The notes beneath the pieces were generated by a model. The model made no database searches. It was not told the origin of the DNA and saw only the letters and a list, made by a program, of their open reading frames with translations. Below are positions 1-9,420 of a stretch of DNA of 64,000 nucleotides, one piece after another (positions within the stretch are counted from its first letter, which is position 1; each line of letters starts with the position of its first letter). The translations under genes were made by a program, and so were the position numbers. The DNA is from a virus. The stretch spans positions 21,783-85,782 of IMG/VR virus record IMGVR_UViG_3300039379_000022. The stretch is one strand, 5' to 3'.

Positions 1-465
1 TCATTCCATTTGATAAGTGATGCCTGTAACCTGTTATCATCCTGTAAATAAATGGTATGTCTTCTCGTGTGATTTCTCCAAACACGATATTGTTGATTTT
101 AATAGAATCATCCTTCTTGAGCTGTTTGAAAAAGTTCTGGAAATCTTCCATAGACATATTTTCTATTGTCTGTATTGCTTCACCTTTTTTAATCAAATAC
201 TTATCCTGTGACGGCATCATAATCAACTGATAAATTTCTTTTTTAAACTGTTTCTGTAGGATTGTATCAATACCACTTGATAAGATTACTTTAAAATAAT
301 CCGCAGCTGTTCGCTTTTTAACTTCTCTCTTTGGTACTGCCGGTTCTTCATCATCCATATCGAATAATGTTTCATCGTATTTTTCTTTATATTTATTTAT
401 GTATTCCTTAATAAGGGACACATTATCCTGCTCTTTAATTAATTCTTCATTCATTGTTACTGGCA
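1..465 (-). CDS. PcfK-like protein (3' end cut by window edge)
   Basis: ORF starts ATG at 463-465 with RBS aaggagg about 7 nt upstream; sits directly downstream of the PcfJ-like gene, as in the pCF10 pcfJ-pcfK order; family call rests on gene order, size and charge only. Confidence 0.3.
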
Positions 466-477
466 TAATTTTCCTCC

Positions 478-1746
478 TTATTTCCAATTAATCACATTAT
501 CTGCAGTTATCTTTAACGATCTTGCTTTTGCCCACTTTTTGATGAAGTCGACCTCTTCCTTTGTCAATTCACTTCGCTTGTTCATGCCTTCTACCTGTGG
601 GACACTTCGATCTGGTAATATTTCAATTGTAAGATAGGGTGTTTCTTTATCCTCTTTTAATCTCATGAAGACGACAATACAGTCATTCGCAACCACTTTA
701 TCAACGTATGATGCAACACAATGGCATAACGTTTGTCCTTCTTCCACTAATTCGATTGATTCTTTAGGCATTACAATTACAAATTTATCTGTCAAGGTTG
801 AATAACCAAAATTTTCACATTCATTCATGATTGTTTCAAATTTTTCTGAGTTTTGGCTAATGCTTTCTTTTTCATTTATTTTCGCTGACAATATCATATG
901 GTCTGTCAGTAATGTTTTTGGGTATTTCTCTTTCACTGTTCCATAATAACTTTCTGACATTGTTAAATAATCATAATATGTCGTTAATACAGCGCCTGTA
1001 GCGCCCTGTTTATACAAATCAAATAGAATATAATCAATGAATCTTCTTGTATTAAGATTGAATTTTTTGAAATCCAATAGATTTTTTGTATGCCGTAACG
1101 CAATTGCAGACATTTTATATTTATCAAAAAAATACTTTGCGGTACTAAGATCTGACAATTCTAAAATCTCATATGCATATGAAAGGATTGTGTTCAACTT
1201 ACTATCTTCATATGCATCCTCACTATTGGCAATGATATATCTTAATAAGCTTTTATCCTTTTCATAATATTCTCCTAGATTTTTTTCTAAATTGCTACTT
1301 TGATGATTGAAATAACACAATCCAGAAAGTACAAACATTCTTAGTCCGTTATTGGCATTAACAAATTTGTACCAGTCTTCGATTTGAGATTTAGTAATTC
1401 CGATTTTTAAGTAGTTGGCTGCTTCTGCTGGAATTATGATATCATCTGCTTTGATATCATTAAAAAATCCATTTAGTTGTTCTACCCTGGATATTTTCTC
1501 AATATTTTCAGTCATATTGTCATAAATATAAAGCAGATGTTTACTATATATAGAAACAAGAAGTTTATCTGTCCGTTTATTTTTCTTACGGATTGCAAAA
1601 TCATTTGCATCTTTAAATACAACTTCATATTCAGCTTTTGTACGTTTTGTTTTTGTTTCAGATTCAGCAATGATGTTTATTTCCTCTGCTTCATCAATTT
1701 CCTTTAATAAACTACCTACATTTATTTCTTTTAATTGCTTTTTCAT
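478..1746 (-). CDS. PcfJ-like conjugative-element protein
   Basis: ~420-aa ORF; C-terminal Cys/His cluster (GQTLCHCVASYVDKV...) and overall architecture recalled from the PcfJ-like family; start refined to ATG at 1744-1746 with RBS aaggag 8 nt upstream. Confidence 0.5.
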   Translation of the reverse strand: MKKQLKEINVGSLLKEIDEAEEINIIAESETKTKRTKAEYEVVFKDANDFAIRKKNKRTDKLLVSIYSKHLLYIYDNMTENIEKISRVEQLNGFFNDIKADDIIIPAEAANYLKIGITKSQIEDWYKFVNANNGLRMFVLSGLCYFNHQSSNLEKNLGEYYEKDKSLLRYIIANSEDAYEDSKLNTILSYAYEILELSDLSTAKYFFDKYKMSAIALRHTKNLLDFKKFNLNTRRFIDYILFDLYKQGATGAVLTTYYDYLTMSESYYGTVKEKYPKTLLTDHMILSAKINEKESISQNSEKFETIMNECENFGYSTLTDKFVIVMPKESIELVEEGQTLCHCVASYVDKVVANDCIVVFMRLKEDKETPYLTIEILPDRSVPQVEGMNKRSELTKEEVDFIKKWAKARSLKITADNVINWK

Positions 1747-1859
1747 TGAGTATCTCCTTCTTTTCTTAAGATTACTCAATTAATATGTGAAAATTTGTTC
1801 TTACATAAAGTACCCAACCATGCATACTATTTGGGAATAAATAAAAGGAGATTACTATT

Positions 1860-2345
1860 ATGAAAAACAATATATTTTATAAAACCTGTTTCGTGTTGGC
1901 TGTTTCTGCTTCCTTGATTGGCTGCAGTAGCAATACAGATTCTCCAACACCTGTGCAGACCACCATATCAGAATCTGTTTCAATTGCTGTGGATGACACA
2001 GAACCGGCAACAGAACATGTAGACAGTACAAAACCAGCGGAACAGAATGCCATTGTGACAATTGGTACATTAAAGGATTTATCTGAGGTAATTGATAACT
2101 ATGGAAATAAACAGGCCCTATTCACTGATGAGAATGGCACTGATTTCATAGCTATTGTAAGTGAACAGACCTTGCTACCGGATGATTTTTCTACGGACCA
2201 TGATTATGAGGTTCATCATTCTGATGTTATGACAATGAGCATCCCTGGACAGTATCCGGAAGTTTATGAAATCAAGAAAGTCGATGATATTTCTGATACT
2301 GAAATCATTATAGAGTCCTCTACGGAGGCTTCCACTACGAATTAA
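1860..2345 (+). CDS. hypothetical lipoprotein
   Basis: signal peptide with lipobox LIGC|SSN; RBS aaaaggag upstream; Thr/Ser/Glu-rich mature region. Confidence 0.6.
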   Translation: MKNNIFYKTCFVLAVSASLIGCSSNTDSPTPVQTTISESVSIAVDDTEPATEHVDSTKPAEQNAIVTIGTLKDLSEVIDNYGNKQALFTDENGTDFIAIVSEQTLLPDDFSTDHDYEVHHSDVMTMSIPGQYPEVYEIKKVDDISDTEIIIESSTEASTTN

Positions 2346-2407
2346 GATTTATCTGCTTTTTTTTGAATGCATACTGTTATTATCATTTAGAAAAATGGAG
2401 GTAAGAT

Positions 2408-2650
2408 ATGGTAGCAAACACGATTAACATTAAGGATGAACTGATTGTTGGAAAGTTAGTTGCATGTCCAGAGGAATGTAAAAGCCTTGTAAATGGTACC
2501 TATCATGTTTCAATCAAAGATGGACATCTGGCAATTCATTTAGGACTCTGTTCCTTTAAGATGAAGCCCAAAGTCATTTCGAAAATCTGTGAAAAACAAA
2601 CTGTTACCTATATCTTGGAGGATAACAGGAATCTTACATTACGTATTTAA
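2408..2650 (+). CDS. hypothetical small protein
   Basis: 80-aa ORF with RBS aatggagg; followed by a terminator. Confidence 0.4.
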   Translation: MVANTINIKDELIVGKLVACPEECKSLVNGTYHVSIKDGHLAIHLGLCSFKMKPKVISKICEKQTVTYILEDNRNLTLRI

Positions 2651-2676
2651 AAAAGCCCTTCTGGGCTTTTTCTTTT
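2649..2676. terminator. bidirectional intrinsic terminator
   Basis: aaaa-agccc-ttct-gggct-tttt hairpin between convergent genes. Confidence 0.6.
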
Positions 2677-3760
2677 ATCTTGTAGCACCTCCACCTCCGC
2701 TTCTTCCTCCATGGTTTGATGATGAATGGCTGCTGCTTGATGATGAATGACTCGATCTGTGGCTAGAACTATGGCTACTTCCGCTTCTGCCTCCAGAATT
2801 ATGTTCGAAGAAAGATGAAAATACATGAATTGTGAATCGTTCTTTTATTATCCCTTTCTTCCATATTGCTAAAATATCATACAGATAGCTAAAAAAATAT
2901 AGCAAAGTGATAACATAGCTGACTGATGGAATCAACATGTATGAAGCAAATACAATAATTGAAAATATATTTAAAAACTTATCTGTCATAGGTTTCCAGG
3001 CCTTAATATTTTTTTCACCATCCTGTTCATTATATCTCATTAAAATGTATGACTTTCGAATTAAATAGATCAGCAATGCTCCAAATAATATCCATAGCGT
3101 TCCAAAAACCATATTTGAACCAATGGAAAAAATACTTCCAATTAAATAAAAGATGGTTAAAGCATTAGGTATTGAATCGTTTTCTTGTACATCAGTAATT
3201 GTCGTATTCTGCTTATCTACTGATGAATCAAACTGCGCATAGATACCATTACAAGTGTTAATTACAGCTGAATTATAATCTCCGATATCACGATATGGAA
3301 CAAATTTTTCATCCAGTATCCTACCTGCAATAGAATCCGGAATTATATGTTCAAGTCCAACACCTACTTCCAGCCGGACCTTTGCTTCTTCTTTGGATAT
3401 TAATAATAATAATCCATTGTTTTTTTCTTTGCTGCCGATCTTCAGCTTATTGAATAAACGGTTCCCATACTCTTCTGGTGTTAATCCATCAAATGATTCT
3501 ATTGTAACAACCAAGAGCCTCACATCTGCCGTTTCTTCCATTCCATATAAAATAGAATTAACCTTATCCTCTACAGTTTCCGACAAAAGGTTCCCTTCAT
3601 CATATACGTAAACAGAATCACTTTCATTTATTGATATAACCTTTCTATCTGAATAGACATATTTAAAAACTCCTCCGGCTATGTGTAATATCATAGTTAT
3701 GATGATGAGTGAAATTAAAATAATTTGTGGTTTAAATAGTTCCCTGCTGTTAATCTTCAT
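2675..3760 (-). CDS. TPM-domain (YgcG-like) membrane protein with low-complexity Ser/His/Gly C-terminal tail
   Basis: N-terminal TM segment, TPM-like core ([33 protein letters not shown]), C-terminal TM segments, tail [29 protein letters not shown]; start refined to ATG 3758-3760 with RBS ggagga. Confidence 0.55.
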   Translation of the reverse strand: MKINSRELFKPQIILISLIIITMILHIAGGVFKYVYSDRKVISINESDSVYVYDEGNLLSETVEDKVNSILYGMEETADVRLLVVTIESFDGLTPEEYGNRLFNKLKIGSKEKNNGLLLLISKEEAKVRLEVGVGLEHIIPDSIAGRILDEKFVPYRDIGDYNSAVINTCNGIYAQFDSSVDKQNTTITDVQENDSIPNALTIFYLIGSIFSIGSNMVFGTLWILFGALLIYLIRKSYILMRYNEQDGEKNIKAWKPMTDKFLNIFSIIVFASYMLIPSVSYVITLLYFFSYLYDILAIWKKGIIKERFTIHVFSSFFEHNSGGRSGSSHSSSHRSSHSSSSSSHSSSNHGGRSGGGGATR

Positions 3761-3929
3761 TGTATTTTCCTCCAAAAATAATATGATTTTTCCTCTGCTT
3801 TTTATTATGATTTTTTTTTAACTTTGTTTTCGTTTTATCCCAAAACAGTCATTCTATATATGTGAAATTCATATAGAAAAACCAAATCTCAGCAAGTCTG
3901 AATTGATAAATAAAAAAGGAGAATAACGA

Positions 3930-4943
3930 ATGGCAGAGAAAACAACAGTAACAGAAAACAAGAAGAAAGCTTTAGATGATGCTATCTTAAAAATCGAAAA
4001 AGCTTATGGAAAAGGGTCCATCATGAAACTTGGTGAATCCAATAACCTGGCAATTGAAACCTATCCAACCGGATCCATTTCACTTGACATTGCCCTCGGT
4101 CAGAATGGCATACCAAAAGGCAGGGTTGCTGAAATATATGGGCCAGAGTCTGGAGGTAAAACCACATTAGCATTACATATCATTGCAGAAGTACAACGCC
4201 AAGGCGGTATTGCTGGTTTTATCGATGCCGAACATGCAATGGATCCTGTCTATGCTTCAAAAGTCGGAGTTGATGTGGATAACCTTTATATATCACAACC
4301 GGATTGCGGTGAAGATGCTCTTGAGATTGTTGATACATTGGTACGTAGTGGTGCGATTGATATCATTGTGGTTGATTCTGTTGCGGCTCTTGTTCCTAAA
4401 AAGGAAATTGAGGGAGAAATGGGTGATGCTGTCGTAGGCCTGCAGGCAAGACTTATGAGCCAGGCTCTTCGGAAACTAACGGCTTCTGTTTCAAAAACAA
4501 AATGTTCCATCATATTCATTAACCAGCTCCGTGAAAAGGTCGGTGTCATGTTTGGTAATCCAGAAACAACAACGGGAGGACGTGCCCTTAAATTCTACTC
4601 TTCCATCCGATTAGACGTAAGAAGGATTGAAACCCTAAAATTGGCTGGTGAGGCTACCGGAAACAGGGTTAAGGTAAAAGTGGTAAAAAATAAAATAGCG
4701 CCACCTTTCAAGGAAGCCGAATTCGATATTATCTTTGGCGAAGGTATATCAAAAGAAGGTGAAGCGGTTGACCTTGGTGTCAAGACTGGAGTTATTGACA
4801 AATCAGGTGCTTGGTTTTCTTATAATGGAGAGAAAATCGGCCAGGGAAGAGAAAACGCAAAAATATACCTTAAGGAACATCCAGATGTCATGGATGAAGT
4901 TTATGAAAAGATTTTGAAATTAGCGCATTCTAAGGAGTCATGA
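3930..4943 (+). CDS. recA: recombinase RecA
   Basis: 337 aa; Walker [14 protein letters not shown]; canonical RecA sequence throughout; RBS aaaggag. Confidence 0.95.
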   Translation: MAEKTTVTENKKKALDDAILKIEKAYGKGSIMKLGESNNLAIETYPTGSISLDIALGQNGIPKGRVAEIYGPESGGKTTLALHIIAEVQRQGGIAGFIDAEHAMDPVYASKVGVDVDNLYISQPDCGEDALEIVDTLVRSGAIDIIVVDSVAALVPKKEIEGEMGDAVVGLQARLMSQALRKLTASVSKTKCSIIFINQLREKVGVMFGNPETTTGGRALKFYSSIRLDVRRIETLKLAGEATGNRVKVKVVKNKIAPPFKEAEFDIIFGEGISKEGEAVDLGVKTGVIDKSGAWFSYNGEKIGQGRENAKIYLKEHPDVMDEVYEKILKLAHSKES

Positions 4944-4964
4944 TTTACTAAAACAGTAATAAAT

Positions 4965-4996
4965 AAAAAACAACGCAATATGCGTTGTTTTTTTTA
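4965..4996. terminator. bidirectional intrinsic terminator
   Basis: caacgca-ata-tgcgttg hairpin flanked by A- and T-tracts. Confidence 0.7.
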
Positions 4997-5485
4997 ATTC
5001 TTCCATAACTGATATGTTTTATTTACCTTGACAACAGAAGCATCATCAAAGCCAGTATCCTTTAATATATCAATGACTGTCTTAAGATATTTTAGGTTGT
5101 TTGTTTCAAGTAGGATTTCCGGCTCAGACACACTGTTTATTTTTTTGATGATATTATTTATTTCGACATATCTGGTATCTGTTTTTTCAATCAATCTGGC
5201 ATTTCGGTCAAATAAAAATATTTCCTCATTTTCATATATATATGGAACCGGTAGTCCCTCTTGATAATAATGCATACCATCTCCAAATTCAACCCAGCCA
5301 GTATATGGTTGATCATTGATGTAGTAACTATTAGTATTATATTTTTGTATTACCTCCTGACCCTCCAATTCATATTTACATTCTAAATTTATATCCACTA
5401 ATCCATTTTTTACTTCTGGAGAGGCACATAGTACGGTAATGGTTGTACTAATTACCATGAGTGCGGTACATAAAAAAGTCTTCAT
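4994..5485 (-). CDS. hypothetical secreted protein
   Basis: start refined to MKTFLCTALMVISTTITVLCAS (signal peptide) with RBS aggagg upstream. Confidence 0.5.
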   Translation of the reverse strand: MKTFLCTALMVISTTITVLCASPEVKNGLVDINLECKYELEGQEVIQKYNTNSYYINDQPYTGWVEFGDGMHYYQEGLPVPYIYENEEIFLFDRNARLIEKTDTRYVEINNIIKKINSVSEPEILLETNNLKYLKTVIDILKDTGFDDASVVKVNKTYQLWKN

Positions 5486-5558
5486 AATTTGCCTCCTGTT
5501 TATTTCTAACAATATAATGTGGTTTTCGACAAAAAAAAGAGAGGATATCAATCCCTCT

Positions 5559-5777
5559 CTATAAAAAACAACTAAATATGTTCATTAGTAGGCTGCCCAA
5601 ACCAATTGCCAGTGCTGCTCCCATAGTAAAGAACGATCCTACAAGGCAAAGCTTCGTTGTGGTTATGAACGGTTCACTTTCAGTGAATTTAAAGCCTCCA
5701 ACGGATAGATACAATGCCATTGCAACTTCGAGAAATTCTACCGCTGTTAAGATACAAAAAAACAGCGCTACCTTCAT
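5559..5777 (-). CDS. small membrane protein, hypothetical
   Basis: 72 aa, two predicted TM helices; start MKVALFF with RBS ggagga 8 nt upstream. Confidence 0.4.
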   Translation of the reverse strand: MKVALFFCILTAVEFLEVAMALYLSVGGFKFTESEPFITTTKLCLVGSFFTMGAALAIGLGSLLMNIFSCFL

Positions 5778-5897
5778 ATACAATCCTCCATTCATCTTTT
5801 ATATAGATATAATGGAGAATTTTTGATGTAATTAATATGATTTTCTTATTTAATGGTTTTCACAAATTTCTTTACTACAAATAATTTGATTGTTTTT

Positions 5898-6185
5898 CTA
5901 AATTTCTTCAAAGTCATCAAACGAGTCGTCCCTGTGTGGTATCGTGTCAAATCCATTTAGGACATTTACAAACTTAACAATTTTATCGTCTGTCAGTTTT
6001 AGACCGGCAGAGGTTGTGCCTACCATCTCATTTTTATATGTACTTCCTGTTTCATCATTCTTTACACAGACTGATATGAACATAGGAATTTTATTCCGAT
6101 TGCATGCAATCCTAAGTTTTACCATTAAATCTAAGACTTCATTGTCAAACTCTTCTGTTTTATCAAAATAGTTGGGATTTTTCAT
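5898..6185 (-). CDS. hypothetical protein
   Basis: 95 aa; RBS ggagga; 4-nt overlap with upstream gene (operon). Confidence 0.4.
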   Translation of the reverse strand: MKNPNYFDKTEEFDNEVLDLMVKLRIACNRNKIPMFISVCVKNDETGSTYKNEMVGTTSAGLKLTDDKIVKFVNVLNGFDTIPHRDDSFDDFEEI

Positions 6186-6442
6186 CGTTTGGTCTCCTCC
6201 ATTTTTAAAATATTATCCTGAATGGTCTGAATGAATGTCTCCACTCCTGGGTCCGAACGTTCTGCAAGCAGGACTATTTTGCATGGCTTGGAAAAGTCGG
6301 ATGATAGTACACCAATCACGCTCTTTGCGTCTACCATTACCCTACCATTCATAAAATCAACATCATTGTCCAACTTATCTGCTTCTTTTACAATTCGTAA
6401 TGCTTCTTCTGTACTGTTAATTTTCACCTGTATTTCTATCAT
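6182..6442 (-). CDS. HPr-fold (Crh-like) protein lacking catalytic His15 but retaining the Ser46 region
   Basis: 86 aa; aligns with HPr over ALRIVKEADKLDNDVDF...VDAKSVIGVLSS (HPr: ATVLVQTASKYDADVNL...VNLKSIMGVMSL); the His15 position is Thr/Glu; RBS ggaggt. Confidence 0.4.
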   Translation of the reverse strand: MIEIQVKINSTEEALRIVKEADKLDNDVDFMNGRVMVDAKSVIGVLSSDFSKPCKIVLLAERSDPGVETFIQTIQDNILKMEETKR

Positions 6443-6962
6443 TTATTATTACCTCCAAATCGTTATCATCAAGTGCTCCTGTTAAATCAAATAACCTTTT
6501 TTGTTCCACTGTTAGTATGATGTGTTTTTTCCTTTTTTTCCTCTTTTTTAATGATTTTAATTCTTTTATATTTAACATACTGTTTTCTATGGTATCCATT
6601 TTATTTATACTGCTATTAATATCTGGATTATCTTCATAAACATAGGCGGCCGGACCGGCCAGATATCCTCGTAATAAATTTTTCAGGAATGAATTCCTAT
6701 AAAATTTTTTGAGTCCTTGCAGAAAAAGTATCAGGTCAGAATCCTCTGTTTCATCCAACTTAATATGGAACTGTGCATTCTTGATTTTTTCTAGATTATC
6801 TGAATCCGGTTTTTTGACAGGAAGCTTAAAGAATACCGGTTCATTTCTAACATAGGATTTTAAAGCCTCCTTCATAGCGTCCCTAACTGGGAATTGTAGG
6901 TTCTTATACAAATAAATCAAATCATAGTCATGTAGCTTATACAAACGTACGGTTATGTTCAT
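6417..6962 (-). CDS. hypothetical basic protein
   Basis: 181 aa with KKRKKRKK stretch; overlaps downstream gene by 26 nt. Confidence 0.4.
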   Translation of the reverse strand: MNITVRLYKLHDYDLIYLYKNLQFPVRDAMKEALKSYVRNEPVFFKLPVKKPDSDNLEKIKNAQFHIKLDETEDSDLILFLQGLKKFYRNSFLKNLLRGYLAGPAAYVYEDNPDINSSINKMDTIENSMLNIKELKSLKKRKKRKKHIILTVEQKRLFDLTGALDDNDLEVIINDRNTGEN

Positions 6963-6973
6963 CTTTTCACCTC

Positions 6974-7324
6974 CTATTTACAGAACAGACAAAGTATTAG
7001 AATCCCTAATATCCAACACCCAAATGATGCAAAGAGGATTATTTTATCATCTTGATAAAGCTCCACGCTATCATCCTCCAATACTTGTATGATGACATCC
7101 TCTCCTACATGTTTCTTTTTCTTTGACAAAATTGTTCCTTTTAAAAATGTAATTCCGTCATCAAAACTGTATTTGATTGTTAATTCATAATGGCCATCGT
7201 TTTTCTTAACATCTGTTATTTTTGCAACTTTTAATCCGATTTCATTTTTCTTTAACTTTTTTTTCATATAGACTAGTGCAAACCCTGCAATTATTAGTAC
7301 ATATGATATGATTAAAAAGACCAT
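6974..7324 (-). CDS. DUF3592-like membrane protein
   Basis: N- and C-terminal TM helices flanking a small beta-rich domain; family recalled from architecture. Confidence 0.4.
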   Translation of the reverse strand: MVFLIISYVLIIAGFALVYMKKKLKKNEIGLKVAKITDVKKNDGHYELTIKYSFDDGITFLKGTILSKKKKHVGEDVIIQVLEDDSVELYQDDKIILFASFGCWILGILILCLFCK

Positions 7325-7414
7325 AGTTCCTCCTTATAAAAATATCTTATATATTGGTATATTATAAGTATGTAGGATACAAAAAATAATTAGCCTCTTA
7401 TGAACGTTAGAAAA

Positions 7415-7441
7415 TAAAAAAAAGAGGATATTTTCCTCTTC
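7415..7441 (-). terminator. intrinsic terminator
   Basis: gagga-tatttt-tcctc hairpin plus T-run on the minus strand, immediately 3' of the 7442..7864 gene. Confidence 0.55.
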
Positions 7442-7864
7442 TTAATCTGCGAATGCGTTAAACAAGTCAACATATGTCATCAAGAAATTGTTAATGGCCA
7501 TCAAATCGTTCTCAGTCAATGGAGAAGACCATAATACCGTGTGTTCTCCGGTTGCATTTAATGCAACTCTGATACTGACTACTTTTTCCTGTCCATTATT
7601 TTCTGATTTACTTTCTTTAAATAACACTTTAAAAGCTGTAATGTTCTGGTCAAGTATACCATATTTATCAATTGCCATTAACACGATGTTGTTAAATGCT
7701 GTTTCGGTTCCTTGCCAGTCTACTGAAATTATGATTTGGTTCTTAAGCCGGATATACATCTTTCTTCCACAAAAAAAGAATTTCTGTTCTCCGTAATGTT
7801 TAATTGCCTCTGCAAAAGTTTCCCTATAGAGGTCTTCCATTCGTTGTTTTTTTAATTCTGCCAT
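7442..7864 (-). CDS. hypothetical protein
   Basis: 140-aa ORF with its own terminator. Confidence 0.4.
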   Translation of the reverse strand: MAELKKQRMEDLYRETFAEAIKHYGEQKFFFCGRKMYIRLKNQIIISVDWQGTETAFNNIVLMAIDKYGILDQNITAFKVLFKESKSENNGQEKVVSIRVALNATGEHTVLWSSPLTENDLMAINNFLMTYVDLFNAFAD

Positions 7865-7902
7865 TATATCTTCCTCCCTACTAATTTTATTATGAGTGAC
7901 AG

Positions 7903-7925
7903 GTACAAAAAAAGAAGGCAGAACG
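7903..7925 (-). terminator. intrinsic terminator of sortase gene
   Basis: gaaggc-agaac-gccttc hairpin plus T7 on the minus strand. Confidence 0.6.
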
Positions 7926-7932
7926 CCTTCTC

Positions 7933-8703
7933 TTATCTCGTGCAGATCAGATATGTACGGAAATCATTTCCAGAATAATTACATGTTACAAAAACATATA
8001 AATCTTCTACTTCGTCTGGAATAGTTCCAGCTGCTATGTTCTTTCCTTCAGCAAATGATTCTAAATCATCTGCATTTTGGATTGTGCGTATGGCAGCATC
8101 TGCTTTACCCGTTATTGTAGCAACAGGGTGCAGATTTAACTCCTCGTTTTCAGTATAAATATTGATGTCCTTATGAGTTTCAAAGTAGGAAGGATCATTA
8201 TACTTGTCGATATCGGAAAAAAGTGTTCCGTTTTTCATATGATGTCCATAAATGATATTGACTGCATCCTTCATCGGATCTACAGCTTCCTTATCAATAT
8301 ATGGTGTTCCTGAATAACTATACTCCTTATCCAGATTCTGGTGGAGATAATCATCTGTTCCATCAAAAACGATTGGATAATCAATTTTGGTACCAGGAAT
8401 ATTCACCCATGCAATGATATCCTCATTAACAGCATGAAGTTCATTAAAATCATAGGGTGATTCATACTCTTCGATTAATTCACCTTCAAGTGTAGCATGT
8501 TGCCTTGTTTCTAAATCACTGTTTTCAATTCCAACAAGTGGACTTGTTTTTTGGGCTATTGCATGCGCAGTTTTGAAATATTCAGTAGCTAAAATACTAA
8601 ATTCAATAGCTTCTTTCTCTTTCGCTGCATTTATATTACTCATACATATAAAACAACCAGCTGCAATTCCGAACGCCGCCAACGTTATCAAAGGAATCCT
8701 CAT
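7933..8703 (-). CDS. class B-like sortase (transpeptidase)
   Basis: N-terminal TM anchor; His motif IIYGHHM; catalytic Cys in VFVTCNY; C-terminal Arg (RTYLICTR); RBS ggagg. Confidence 0.7.
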   Translation of the reverse strand: MRIPLITLAAFGIAAGCFICMSNINAAKEKEAIEFSILATEYFKTAHAIAQKTSPLVGIENSDLETRQHATLEGELIEEYESPYDFNELHAVNEDIIAWVNIPGTKIDYPIVFDGTDDYLHQNLDKEYSYSGTPYIDKEAVDPMKDAVNIIYGHHMKNGTLFSDIDKYNDPSYFETHKDINIYTENEELNLHPVATITGKADAAIRTIQNADDLESFAEGKNIAAGTIPDEVEDLYVFVTCNYSGNDFRTYLICTR

Positions 8704-8882
8704 TTTACCATAACCTCCATATATCTTAAGATATCTATATAATGCTTTCTTTTTTTATAGAATAATTTTAAATTCCCATTATGTTGAGTCTGTCATATTG
8801 TTTTTATTGATTTTCACTTGTTTCTATATATCCTTTGTGGTAAGATTGGCCTGGGATAATCGTTTTTAGGAGGTTTACTATA

Positions 8883-9383
8883 ATGAGCAGCGCAACTTAT
8901 AATAATCGGGTTGAATATTTAATGGCAGAAAAAGATATAAGCTTAACTCAACTATCCAGATTAACAGGAATACCAGCTACCACGCTCAACCGGATCATAA
9001 AAGGAAAAGTCAAAAAACCCAAACGTTCCCAAATGGATAGGATTTCAGAGGCTCTTGGAAAACCAGTACATGAACTATTTGATGTCCCGGAATTCAAAGA
9101 AAATAAGACGAATTTGATTGAGCTTATAGATAATAATAAGGAACTCCATTTTGGCATCCATCCAGATGAAGCAGGAAGGATTGTTAAAGTTTTTTTAACT
9201 GAAGAGGAGTCTTTGCTGGTATACCTTTTTCAGATATCATCTTTGGGAGGAAAACAGAAAATACTCAATATAGCCAAAAAAGAAGCAGAATCTTTTAGCC
9301 AGAAATTATTTGAGAAGATAGAAAAAAATGATTCTAAGCCGAAGGACGATGCTGGCTTTTATCAGATTCATCTGGATTTATAA
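8883..9383 (+). CDS. XRE-family HTH transcriptional regulator
   Basis: N-terminal HTH ISLTQLSRLTGIPATTLNRIIKG; divergent from the sortase gene. Confidence 0.75.
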   Translation: MSSATYNNRVEYLMAEKDISLTQLSRLTGIPATTLNRIIKGKVKKPKRSQMDRISEALGKPVHELFDVPEFKENKTNLIELIDNNKELHFGIHPDEAGRIVKVFLTEEESLLVYLFQISSLGGKQKILNIAKKEAESFSQKLFEKIEKNDSKPKDDAGFYQIHLDL

Positions 9384-9384
9384 G

Positions 9385-9410
9385 AAAAAGGGCCAACCAG
9401 GGCCCTTTTA
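9385..9410. terminator. bidirectional intrinsic terminator
   Basis: agggcc-aacca-gggccc hairpin with flanking A/T runs. Confidence 0.65.
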
Positions 9411-9420
9411 TATCATTAAA

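Noticed and set aside
3776-3929. Canonical LexA/Cheo box upstream of recA
   Set aside because: No GAAC-N4-GTTC present; only an imperfect AT-rich dyad, reported as a low-interest finding instead.
4183-4801. Overlapping ORFs within recA on both strands
   Set aside because: Nested in a highly conserved recA reading frame, so they are shadow ORFs.
5898-6185. C-terminal DDFEEI of the 95-aa protein resembling the DnaK tail (GEFQEI)
   Set aside because: A short acidic-tail similarity is most likely coincidental; no other shared features.
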